This document shows, piece by piece, positions 9,942 to 19,820 of a stretch of 64,000 bases of DNA. The first letter of the stretch is position 1. Every line of letters starts with the position of its first letter. This stretch comes from Trueperaceae bacterium (GTDB taxonomy: Bacteria > Deinococcota > Deinococci > Deinococcales > Trueperaceae): NCBI GenBank assembly GCA_035703635.1, contig DASSXV010000069.1, forward strand, positions 1 through 64,000, written 5' to 3'. The translations under genes were made by a program, and so were the position numbers. Below the pieces are notes generated by a model. The model made no database searches. It was not told where the DNA came from and saw only the letters and a program-made list of their open reading frames with translations.

Positions 9942-9969
9942 AGTGTAACAGGTGCGCGGCGCTTGTCAA
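9942..9969 (-). promoter_or_regulatory. sigma70-type promoter of the leader-aroF-tyrA transcript
   Basis: TTGACA (9969-9964), 16 nt ending in TGT, TACACT (9947-9942); 7 nt before ATG 9934. Confidence 0.8.
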
Positions 9970-10031
9970 CGCGGTTGGGCCGCGACCTCCGGAAGTATCC
10001 GCGAGCGGGTGAAGGGAGTAACCTCTTACCC

Positions 10032-10568
10032 ATGACGCAGCACACCGAACCGCGTGAAGTCGACTACGTCGCTCCCCTTGGGGCGGGAGCTGACAAGACT
10101 GAGCGTTATCTCGAGCTGCGCCGCTACGTCCTCGCGTTGACGGACGGTGAACCGGACTGGCTAGCCAACCTGGCGAACGTAGCGAGCGCCGTGTACGACC
10201 ACGTGCCTGGCCTCAACTGGGCGGGTTTCTACCTCATGAAGGGCGGCGAGCTCGTGCTTGGGCCGTTCCAGGGGCGCCCGGCGTGCGTGCGCATCGCCAG
10301 TGGCCGCGGGGTATGCGGCGCGGCGGTCGCCGAGCGCAGAACGCAGGTTGTGCCTGACGTGCAGGCGTTCCCTGGGCACATCGCGTGCGACGCGCGCTCG
10401 CGCTCCGAGATCGTCGTTCCAGTGATGGTCGCTGGTGAGGTCGTAGCGGTGCTCGACCTCGACAGCGCTCAACTCGCGAACTTCGACATCGAGGACCGCC
10501 GCGCCCTCGAGACCATCGTCAACGACATCGTTGGGCGTGTCGACTGGGTGGCCGCGACGCGCAACTGA
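10032..10568 (+). CDS. msrC: GAF-domain free methionine-(R)-sulfoxide reductase
   Basis: NWAGFY, LGPFQGRPAC, GRGVCG, HIACD, SEIVVP; TAACCT 7 nt before ATG 10032. Confidence 0.88.
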   Translation: MTQHTEPREVDYVAPLGAGADKTERYLELRRYVLALTDGEPDWLANLANVASAVYDHVPGLNWAGFYLMKGGELVLGPFQGRPACVRIASGRGVCGAAVAERRTQVVPDVQAFPGHIACDARSRSEIVVPVMVAGEVVAVLDLDSAQLANFDIEDRRALETIVNDIVGRVDWVAATRN

Positions 10569-10575
10569 ACGCCGG

Positions 10576-11331
10576 CTAGGCCAGCTCTGACTCCGCCCTC
10601 GCATCGACGGCGGCGACGGCGTCAAGCAGGAGCCTGAAAGGTGCCGCATGCTCAGGGTGGTCGCGGTACGCCATCTCCGGGTGCCACTGCACGCCAAGCA
10701 CCCAAGAACCGCTGCGCTCCTCGACCGCCTCGACGAGCCCGTCACCAGCGTGCGCCACGGCGATCAGCCCGGCGCCGACGACGTCGATGGCCTGGTGGTG
10801 GTAGCTGTTCGCCCGCACCTTGGTGGCCCCGAACGCGCTGGCTAGGCGACTGCCTGGCGCCAACGAGATGGCGTGGAGCGGCGTGCCGCGCAGGTCGTGC
10901 TGGTCGTGCTGCCACGCCTCCGGCAGGGCGGGGATGTGCTGGTGCAGGGTGCCGCCCTCGGCCACGTTGATGACTTGGTGGCCGCGGCAGATGCCAAGGA
11001 CTGGCTTACCGCGCGCGCGGAAGGCGCGGTAGAGCGCGATCTCGAAGGCGTCCCTGCGCTCGTCGACGCTGCCCAGGTCGGGGTGGGGAGCGGCGCCGAA
11101 GAGCTCCGGGTCAACGTCGGCTCCGCCCGTGAGGAGGAGCGCGTCGCTGCTCGCCGCGTACGCCTCCGCCAGCTGCGGGTCGAGGACGGCCACCATGGTC
11201 GGTAGGCCACCCGCGGCGGCGAGCGCCTGCGAGTAGTTGCGGCCCGTCAGCGCGTCCTCGCGCATGAGGCCGGTGGTGCGGTTGCTGATGCCGGTACTTA
11301 CGAGCACGCGTGGCCGAGTCGTGGTGTTCAC
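10576..11331 (-). CDS. peptidase C26 / gamma-glutamyl-GABA hydrolase family glutamine amidotransferase
   Basis: LLLTGGADVDP, LGICRGHQ, NSYHHQA, GVQWHPE; TACCCT 6 nt before GTG 11331. Confidence 0.9.
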   Translation of the reverse strand: MNTTTRPRVLVSTGISNRTTGLMREDALTGRNYSQALAAAGGLPTMVAVLDPQLAEAYAASSDALLLTGGADVDPELFGAAPHPDLGSVDERRDAFEIALYRAFRARGKPVLGICRGHQVINVAEGGTLHQHIPALPEAWQHDQHDLRGTPLHAISLAPGSRLASAFGATKVRANSYHHQAIDVVGAGLIAVAHAGDGLVEAVEERSGSWVLGVQWHPEMAYRDHPEHAAPFRLLLDAVAAVDARAESELA

Positions 11332-11475
11332 GCCACTAGGGTACCCCCAGCCGCTAACGGGCGCTAGCGCTCGTGCGGCGCCCTTGGGGTGAGGCCCGCT
11401 GCGTGCGCCTCTGGTACGCTTCCGGCGGTGTGGACGACGCAAGCGGTTGCCTCGCGCCACTGCCTGGGAGGGTGA

Positions 11476-12687
11476 ATGCCTGGAATCGCGATGATCGGCG
11501 CCCAGTGGGGCGACGAGGGTAAGGGTAAGGTCGTCGACGCGCTCGCCGCCGAGGCTGACTTGGTGGTGCGCTACTCGGGTGGCGCCAACGCCGGCCACAC
11601 GGTCGTCGTTGGTGGCGACGTCTTCAAGCTCCACCACCTGCCTTGTGGGACGCTGCACGAGCGGCCTACCTCCGTGTTGGGCGGCGGCATGGTCATCGAC
11701 CCGTGGACGTTCCTAGAGGAACTCGACGGTTTGAGCGCTCGCCGCGACCCTGGCCGCGTGCTCGTGTCGACGGAAGCGCACCTCGTGCTGCCGCACCACA
11801 TGAAGAACGACGAGGGCGGTGGCTTCGTCGGCACGACGGGCCGCGGCATCGGCCCGGCTTACTCCGACAAGGCTCGACGCATCGGCGTGCGCGCAGGCGA
11901 CCTGCTCGACGACGACGTGCTGCGCGAGCGCCTCGCGCGCCTCATCGAAGCGAAGCCGAACTCGACGGCGCGGGTCGGCTGGACGAGCGTGAACGTCGCC
12001 ATGGCCGAGTTGGCTGGCGTGCGCGAGCGCCTCGCGCCGCTGGTGGCCGATACGGGCGCCATGGTGCGCGAGGGGTTGGCGCGCGGCGAACGCGTGCTCT
12101 TCGAGGGTGGGCAGGGCACCATGCTCGACCTGTCCTACGGTACCTACCCATACGTCACCTCCAGCCACCCCACCGTCGGCGGCATCTTGATCGGCGCTGG
12201 GGTCAGCCACAAGGCGTTGGACGGTGTGTACGGGGTCGTCAAGGCGTTCACGAGCCGCGTCGGTCACGGACCGTTCCCGACCGAGATCACGGATGAGCCG
12301 ATGGGCACGCGCCTGCGGGGCACCGGCTCTAACCAGTGGGACGAGTACGGCACCACCACCGGTAGGCCGCGCCGCGTTGGTTGGCTCGACTTGCCGCAGC
12401 TTAAGTACGCCTGCGACATCAACGGCTTTGACGCCCTCGTGGTCACGAAGCTAGACGTCCTCTCCGGCCTTGAGCGGGTGCGCGTGGCTGTGGACCACGG
12501 CGACGACGGTGCGGTGTACGAGGAGCTTCCCGGTTGGGGTGAACTGCGCGGGTTGGGCAGCCGCGAGGCGTTACCACGCGAGGTGCACGACTACTTGGGC
12601 CTCATAGAGGAGCATACCGGCGTGCCCGTCGCCATCTTCTCGACGAGCCCAGATCGAGAAGACACCTACGGCTCGGTCACTTGGTGA
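11476..12687 (+). CDS. purA: adenylosuccinate synthetase
   Basis: GAQWGDEGKGK, GGANAGHT, GTTGRGIGPAY, GTYPYVTSS, GTTTGRPRR, TKLDVL. Confidence 0.97.
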   Translation: MPGIAMIGAQWGDEGKGKVVDALAAEADLVVRYSGGANAGHTVVVGGDVFKLHHLPCGTLHERPTSVLGGGMVIDPWTFLEELDGLSARRDPGRVLVSTEAHLVLPHHMKNDEGGGFVGTTGRGIGPAYSDKARRIGVRAGDLLDDDVLRERLARLIEAKPNSTARVGWTSVNVAMAELAGVRERLAPLVADTGAMVREGLARGERVLFEGGQGTMLDLSYGTYPYVTSSHPTVGGILIGAGVSHKALDGVYGVVKAFTSRVGHGPFPTEITDEPMGTRLRGTGSNQWDEYGTTTGRPRRVGWLDLPQLKYACDINGFDALVVTKLDVLSGLERVRVAVDHGDDGAVYEELPGWGELRGLGSREALPREVHDYLGLIEEHTGVPVAIFSTSPDREDTYGSVTW

Positions 12688-13859
12688 CGGGCAGGGTGAT
12701 CGCCTGGACCCTCGTCATCCTGGTAGTCGTCGCTGCCGTCGTCGTCTTCGCCCTTGGTTGGGTGTTGTCGAGCAGGGTCATCGTGCCCGCCCCGTACTCT
12801 TTGGCGCCCGAGTTCGAGTTGGCTGACGTCGCGGACCTAGGGGGAGGGCGCTACGCGGTCGGCATGCCGGCCCCGGCAGGCACGCCTTTGCAGCACGCTA
12901 ACGCGCGGGTAGTCGGCACTTACGGGCTGTTGTGGGAGGGCGGCAACGGCGCCTTGGGTGAGATCATCGCCGACGCCGGCGGGGTCGTAACGCGGGCGGT
13001 CGACCTGCTGGCGGGCTCGCCGCCAACGGCGGGGGCGCCTGCGCGGCTCGACAACTTCTACTACCGCAACGACCCGAAGGCGGACCTCGGCTTGGAGTTC
13101 GAGGAACTCGAGCTGAGCGGCCCTGCTGGCACGCTGCGCGCCTGGTACGTGCCTGGCGCGCAGCGCACCGCGGTGCTCATGCTGCACGGCAGGCGCCGCG
13201 GGGAGCTCATCGAGACCCTGCGTTTCACCGAGGCACTTCACGAGCTCGGGCTGCCGGTGCTCGCGCTCTCTTACCGCAACCACGACGCCAGCGACGCCAG
13301 CCCAGACGGTCACTACCACTACGGCGCAAGCGAGTGGCAGGACGCCCTCGTCGGCGCGCTCGAACTCGCGAAGCGCGGGCACGAGCGCGTGATCCTCTAC
13401 GGCCTCTCCATGGGCGGCGCCGTCGCGCTCGAGGCCCTTGAGCGCTGGCCAGCTGCTGCCCCTGAGGTCGTCGGGCTGGTCCTGGACTCCCCGCTGGTTA
13501 GCCCGCGCGCGGTCGTCGAGTTGGGGGCGGTCAAGGCTGGTCTGCCCATGCCGGCGCAAGCCACGCGCGTTGCGCTGTTCGTCGCACGCCTGAGGACGGG
13601 CGTCGACTTCGCTAGCCTCGAGCAGGCGTCAAGCGCGGCCGGCATCGGCGTGCCGCTGTTGTTGATCGCGGGGGAGGACGACTCGACCGTGCCGATCGGC
13701 GCGATCGACGAGTTCGCCGCCGCAGTCGGCCCCCTCGCGACCTACGTGCGCTTACCTGGCGTCGAGCACGTCGAGGCGTGGAACCACGACCCTGAACGCT
13801 ACGCTGGTTGGCTGCGGGAGTTCTTGAGCTCGCTTGCCGTGAGGGCCAGCGCCAGCTAG
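12684..13859 (+). CDS. membrane-anchored alpha/beta hydrolase
   Basis: N-terminal TM, HG oxyanion motif, GLSMGG nucleophile elbow, GEDDSTVP, H in VEHVEAWN; GTGA overlap with purA. Confidence 0.85.
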   Translation: MTGRVIAWTLVILVVVAAVVVFALGWVLSSRVIVPAPYSLAPEFELADVADLGGGRYAVGMPAPAGTPLQHANARVVGTYGLLWEGGNGALGEIIADAGGVVTRAVDLLAGSPPTAGAPARLDNFYYRNDPKADLGLEFEELELSGPAGTLRAWYVPGAQRTAVLMLHGRRRGELIETLRFTEALHELGLPVLALSYRNHDASDASPDGHYHYGASEWQDALVGALELAKRGHERVILYGLSMGGAVALEALERWPAAAPEVVGLVLDSPLVSPRAVVELGAVKAGLPMPAQATRVALFVARLRTGVDFASLEQASSAAGIGVPLLLIAGEDDSTVPIGAIDEFAAAVGPLATYVRLPGVEHVEAWNHDPERYAGWLREFLSSLAVRASAS

Positions 13860-13888
13860 CCGGCCGCCACCAAGCCTGCCTGATGGCG

Positions 13889-13922
13889 AACGTCCCGGAG
13901 CCAGCGAAGGTTCCGGGACGTT
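13889..13922. terminator. hairpin between convergent genes, probable bidirectional terminator
   Basis: AACGTCCCGGAGCC-AGCGAA-GGTTCCGGGACGTT; 14-bp stem with only short U tails. Confidence 0.6.
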
Positions 13923-13947
13923 GCGGTGCTTGGGTCGGCAGTCTTGG

Positions 13948-15090
13948 TCAGCGCTCTGCGATCGGCTTGAACTTGAGTCCCATGCCGCCCGAGTACGCGA
14001 GCCGCGGACGCATGATGCGGTTGTCCGCGTACTGCTCGTACAGGTGCGCCATCCAGCCGGAGATGCGCGCCACGGCGAAGATCGGGGTGTACATGTCGCC
14101 TGGGAAGCCGAGCATGCGGTAGACGGACGCGGAGAAGAAGTCGACGTTCGGCTTGACCTCTTTGCCCTTCTTGACCATCTCGCGGTCCATGACGCGCTCC
14201 ATCTCGAGGCTCATGTCGAACCACTTCGAGTCGCCTGACTCCTGAGCGAGTTGGCGGCTCACTTCCTTGAGGACCTGCGCGCGCGGGTCCAGGACCTTGT
14301 AAACGCGGTGCCCGAAGCCCATGACGCGGCCGCCTGGCTTGGCGAGGACGCTCAAGACGTACGGCTCGACGCCCTCGATGGAGCCGATGCCCTCCAACGC
14401 GGCCATCACTGCCGTGTTAGCGCCGCCATGCAGTGGACCCTTGAGCGCGCCGACGGCTGCGGTGATCGCGCTGTAGACGTCCGTGAGGGTCGAGGCGGTG
14501 GCGCGAGCAACGAAGGTGCTGGCGTTGGAGCCGTGCTCGGCGTGCAGCACGAGGGCGACGTCCATGACGCGCGTCGCTGCCTCAGACGGCACCTCGCCGG
14601 TAAGGGTGTAAAGGAAGTTGCCTGCCAGGCTGAGGTCCGTGCGCGGGGGGACCGGCTCAAGGCCGCGCCGCACGCGCTCGTACGCCGCCGTCAGTGTCGG
14701 GAACTGCGCCAGGAGTTGCGTGCCGATACGGCGCACGTTCGCGTCATCGACCCCGTCTGGGTTCTCGTCGTACGACCCGAGCATCGAGGCGGCCGTGCGC
14801 ACGGCGTGCATGGGCGAGTGGCCCTGCGGCAGCGTGCGGTAGAGGTCGTAGACGGCCTCAGGCACGTGATAATTCGGCGCGATTTCGGACTTGAACGCCG
14901 CCAGTTGCTCGCTGTTCGGCAAGGCGCCGTACCACAGGAGGTAGACGACCTCCTCGTAGCTCGCCTTGTCGGCCAGCTCGTTGATGTCGTAACCGCGGTA
15001 GACGAGTTGCCCTTTGCCACCGTCTATGAAGCAGACGCCCGTCGTGTCGATGTAGACCCCGTCGAGGCCCCTGTTGATGGTTTGCTCCAT
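13948..15090 (-). CDS. gltA: citrate synthase (short type; methylcitrate synthase not excluded)
   Basis: LHAEHGSNAST, GPLHGGAN, GFGHRVYK, PNVDF; GGAGG before ATG 15090. Confidence 0.92.
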   Translation of the reverse strand: MEQTINRGLDGVYIDTTGVCFIDGGKGQLVYRGYDINELADKASYEEVVYLLWYGALPNSEQLAAFKSEIAPNYHVPEAVYDLYRTLPQGHSPMHAVRTAASMLGSYDENPDGVDDANVRRIGTQLLAQFPTLTAAYERVRRGLEPVPPRTDLSLAGNFLYTLTGEVPSEAATRVMDVALVLHAEHGSNASTFVARATASTLTDVYSAITAAVGALKGPLHGGANTAVMAALEGIGSIEGVEPYVLSVLAKPGGRVMGFGHRVYKVLDPRAQVLKEVSRQLAQESGDSKWFDMSLEMERVMDREMVKKGKEVKPNVDFFSASVYRMLGFPGDMYTPIFAVARISGWMAHLYEQYADNRIMRPRLAYSGGMGLKFKPIAER

Positions 15091-15370
15091 GTTTCCTCCG
15101 CCGTCTCTCCCGAAGGCGCCCGCTCGACTGAGATCATGGGCGACGCCTTCGCTTAATCGTTGGGTGACACGGTGGCGGTGCGGTCGAAGCGGCGGCGGTT
15201 TACGCCGTTGCCTTTCTTCCGGTTGGGTGTCCGGCACCGTGATCGCGTGGTGAGGTGGCTTCGCCAGCCGAGATGGTCACGCGCGCGACCGACCGCTTCC
15301 GCGGTCTACTGTCGAGGGTAAGTCTACCCGGTAGTCGCGGGCGACAAGGGGGCCGAGGACGGCTAGTTGG

Positions 15371-15802
15371 CTAACGGCGCCAGCGCAGCGTCAGCGCCAC
15401 CGTCGCGGCGGCGGCGACGAGGCTGGCGGCCAAGTAGCCGCGCGGACCGGCGGCGGCCAACGTGACGACCGCGCCGATGCCAACGAAAGCGGCTCCGACT
15501 ATGAAGGCCCAGTGGCTTGGCCGCTCCTCGGTCGCCTCGATCATGAGCGCGGCCGCGCCGATGCTGACGAGGAACGCACCCTCCCAGCGCAGCGCCACTT
15601 CGAGCAGGATGCCGACTGCCGCGCCGACGAGTGGCGCCCCGACGACGAGGGCCGCGTAGGTGCCGTTGCGGGCGTAGAAGTACAGGAAGATGACGCCTGC
15701 TAGCAGCAGCCATAGCCAAGCGCTGCTCGACACTAGCGCTGCCAGGACCACGAGCCCGGCCAGCGTGGCTAGGGCTAGGAGCGCAGTGGCTAGGGGAGGC
15801 AT
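15371..15802 (-). CDS. hypothetical membrane protein
   Basis: Several hydrophobic helices; GAGG before ATG 15802 (start uncertain). Confidence 0.7.
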   Translation of the reverse strand: MPPLATALLALATLAGLVVLAALVSSSAWLWLLLAGVIFLYFYARNGTYAALVVGAPLVGAAVGILLEVALRWEGAFLVSIGAAALMIEATEERPSHWAFIVGAAFVGIGAVVTLAAAGPRGYLAASLVAAAATVALTLRWRR

Positions 15803-16190
15803 CTGGGCGCCTCTGAAAGATGACTGGCTGAGAGTGGCGCCTGAAGCGCGCGCAGCATGCACCTCTCATACCACTCTAATGAGCTACTGGGAGTGTTCCG
15901 CGCGGTGCCAGCATGGTTCGCGCGGTGGGAAGTCTGCTACGGCGAGGGCGTGCACCGGGTGGTATGGTGCCGTCAACGCTCGAAGGAACGACCGGAGCGC
16001 GACCGCCGGTCAGCCGGGCCGGGCGGCCAAGGCAACGGTCGCCGTACGGAAGCCGCAAACGGGAACCGGACATGGCCAAGTACCAAGCCACCAGCCACCA
16101 CGCACAAGCCAGGAACGCTGGCGCCACTAGCGTCCTACTAGGTATCGTCATGCCGCACCGCGCCAAGCGCGCGTTCGCCCCGGCTGCTAG

Positions 16191-17366
<1,176 letters not shown>

Positions 17367-17387
17367 GGCCGGAAGGATGATTCTCGC

Positions 17388-18365
17388 GTGAGCAAGATGA
17401 CCATGGTCCAAGCCATCGCGCGGACCCTTGACGAGGAGATGGCGCGAGACGACCGCGTCGTAGTCGTTGGCGAGGACGTCGGCAAGCGCGGCGGCGTCTT
17501 CCTCGCCACGGAGAAGCTCTACGCCAAGTACGGCCCCGACCGCGTAATAGACTCGCCGCTCTCGGAGGCCGCCGTGATCGGCGCCGCTCTCGGCATGGCG
17601 GTGCACGGACTGCGGCCGGTGGCCGAGATCCAGTTCGCGGACTACGTCTACCCGGGCTTCGACCAGCTCGTCTCCCAGGCCGCCAAGCTCAGGTACCGCT
17701 CCGGTGGGCAGTTCACGGCCCCGATGGTCGTGCGCATGCCGGCTGGTGGCGGGGTCAAGGGCGGCCATCACCACTCGCAGAGCCCAGAGGCCCACTTCGT
17801 GCATACGGCTGGCCTCAAAGTCGTGTTCCCATCTACCCCATCTGACACGCGCGGCCTCCTCAAGAGCGCCATCCGCGACGAGGACCCTGTCGTGTTCCTC
17901 GAGCCGAAGCGCCTCTACCGCGCCGTCAAGGAGGAGCTCTCAGACGACCCTGACGACCTCATCCCGATCGGCAAGGCGGTCGTTAGGCGCCAAGGCGACG
18001 ACGTCGTGCTCATCAGCTACGGCGGCTCGATGGCCGAAACGAACCGCGCAGCTGACGCTCTCGTCGAGCAGGGCTTCTCGCCGCACGTCATGGACCTGCG
18101 CTCGTTGGCGCCGTGGGACGAGACGGCGGTGCTCGAGGCCGTTGCGCGCGTAGGGCGCGTCGTGCTCGTGAGCGAGGCGCCGCGCAGCGCGAGCTTCATC
18201 AGCGAGGTGGCCGCCACCATCGCGGAGGAACTCCTCGATCAACTCCTCGCGCCGCCCCTGCGGGTAGCTGGCTTCGATACCCCATACCCATACGCCCAAG
18301 ACCGCGAGTACCTGCCTGGCCCGGCGCGCATCATGAAGGCCGTCCAGCGCGCGCTCGACTACTGA
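17388..18365 (+). CDS. 2-oxoacid dehydrogenase E1 beta
   Basis: [37 protein letters not shown]. Confidence 0.94.
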   Translation: MSKMTMVQAIARTLDEEMARDDRVVVVGEDVGKRGGVFLATEKLYAKYGPDRVIDSPLSEAAVIGAALGMAVHGLRPVAEIQFADYVYPGFDQLVSQAAKLRYRSGGQFTAPMVVRMPAGGGVKGGHHHSQSPEAHFVHTAGLKVVFPSTPSDTRGLLKSAIRDEDPVVFLEPKRLYRAVKEELSDDPDDLIPIGKAVVRRQGDDVVLISYGGSMAETNRAADALVEQGFSPHVMDLRSLAPWDETAVLEAVARVGRVVLVSEAPRSASFISEVAATIAEELLDQLLAPPLRVAGFDTPYPYAQDREYLPGPARIMKAVQRALDY

Positions 18366-18407
18366 CCATTACTGGCGCGCCAGTGCGCGGCCGACAAGGA
18401 GTGACGC

Positions 18408-19766
18408 ATGGCGAGAGAGTTACGGCTGCCCGAACTGGCCGAGTCGGTCGTTGAGGGTGAGATCATCCGCTGGTTGGTGGCAGAGGGCGAGAACGTCGTC
18501 CTCGACCAACCGGTCGCCGAGGTCCTCACGGACAAGGCCACCGTCGAACTGCCGAGCCCGTACGCCGGCGTACTGCTCAAGCACCTAGCTGCCGAGGGTG
18601 ACGTGGTTGCCGTCAACAGCGCCATCGCGCTCTTCTCCGACGGCTCAGAGGCCGCCCCCGCCGCCGCCAGCCAGCCACCTAGCCTGCAGGCGGCCGAGGA
18701 ACGCTCGATCGTCGAGCCGGGACACCAAACGCCTGCGGATGACGGTGAGAGCCTCAGCCTCTTCAAGCCGTCAGCCGATGAAGGCGGCCAGGCTCTGCCG
18801 CAGGTCACGCGAGCAGCGAGCGCCACGGCCGTGCAGGCGCCGCCGGCCGCACGCGGTGCGTTCGGCCGCGTTCTCGCCGTGCCAGCCGCGCGCCGCCTAG
18901 CTCGCGAGTTGGGCGTCGACGTCGAACAGGTCATAGGGAGCGGCCCGCACGGGCGCGTGCGCGTCGACGACGTGCGCAGTCACACTGCTGCGCCCGCCAA
19001 CGCCGCTGGGCGCGCCGGTTTTCCGCCAGCCCCCGCGTACCACACCCCCGCTGGCTACGAAGCGCTCGAAGAGCGCGTTCCCGTCAGGGGCCTGCGGCGT
19101 GTGATCGCCAATCAGATGGTCGCCTCCCACCTCCATACGGTGCGCACCCTGCACGTGGACGAGGCGGACGTAACGGCGCTCGTCGCGCTCCGCGAGAAAC
19201 TCAGGCCGCGCGCGGCCGCTCGCGGCGTGAAACTGTCCTACCTCCCGTTCATCATGAAGGCCGTCGCCACGGCGCTCGTGGAGTTCCCGGCGCTGAACAC
19301 CAGCCTCGACGAGGCCAAGAACGAGATCGTGCGCAAGAAGTACTACAACCTGGGGATGGCCGTGGCCACAGATGCTGGCCTCATCGTGCCCGTCGTAAGG
19401 GACGTCGACAAACGCACCATCTTGGAGCTCGCCAGCGACATCAACCGCCTCGCAGAGGCCGCCAAGGCGGGCAAGGTCACCCCGGACGAGCTCAAGGGCG
19501 GTACGTTCTCCATCACCAACATCGGCAGCCTCGGCGGGCTGTTCTCGTTCCCCATCATCAACGCGCCGGAAGCCGCCATCTTGGGCGTCCACTCGATCAA
19601 GAAGCGGCCGGTAGTGCTCGCCGACGACAGCATCGTGGCGCGGCAGATGCTCTACCTGAGCCTGTCGTTCGACCACCGCCTGGTCGACGGAGCGGAGGGC
19701 GCCAACTTCACGGGGCGGGTGATCGACCTGCTCGAGAACCCAGAGGCGCTGATGCTCGACCTCTAG
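18408..19766 (+). CDS. dihydrolipoamide acyltransferase E2
   Basis: Lipoyl domain TDKATVELPSP, E3-binding PAARRLARE..GSGPHGRV, catalytic FDHRLVDG. Confidence 0.94.
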   Translation: MARELRLPELAESVVEGEIIRWLVAEGENVVLDQPVAEVLTDKATVELPSPYAGVLLKHLAAEGDVVAVNSAIALFSDGSEAAPAAASQPPSLQAAEERSIVEPGHQTPADDGESLSLFKPSADEGGQALPQVTRAASATAVQAPPAARGAFGRVLAVPAARRLARELGVDVEQVIGSGPHGRVRVDDVRSHTAAPANAAGRAGFPPAPAYHTPAGYEALEERVPVRGLRRVIANQMVASHLHTVRTLHVDEADVTALVALREKLRPRAAARGVKLSYLPFIMKAVATALVEFPALNTSLDEAKNEIVRKKYYNLGMAVATDAGLIVPVVRDVDKRTILELASDINRLAEAAKAGKVTPDELKGGTFSITNIGSLGGLFSFPIINAPEAAILGVHSIKKRPVVLADDSIVARQMLYLSLSFDHRLVDGAEGANFTGRVIDLLENPEALMLDL

Positions 19767-19820
19767 CGCGCCCAAGGTCGCGCGACCGGGCCGCGCGCCG
19801 CAGCGCCGTAGAATCGGGCA

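Noticed and set aside
10576-11658. N-terminal extensions in the ORF track (also thiolase, aroF, msrC, gltA, E1 alpha, deoC, tdh)
   Set aside because: They overlap neighbouring genes or promoters; better starts with an SD or -10 box lie downstream.
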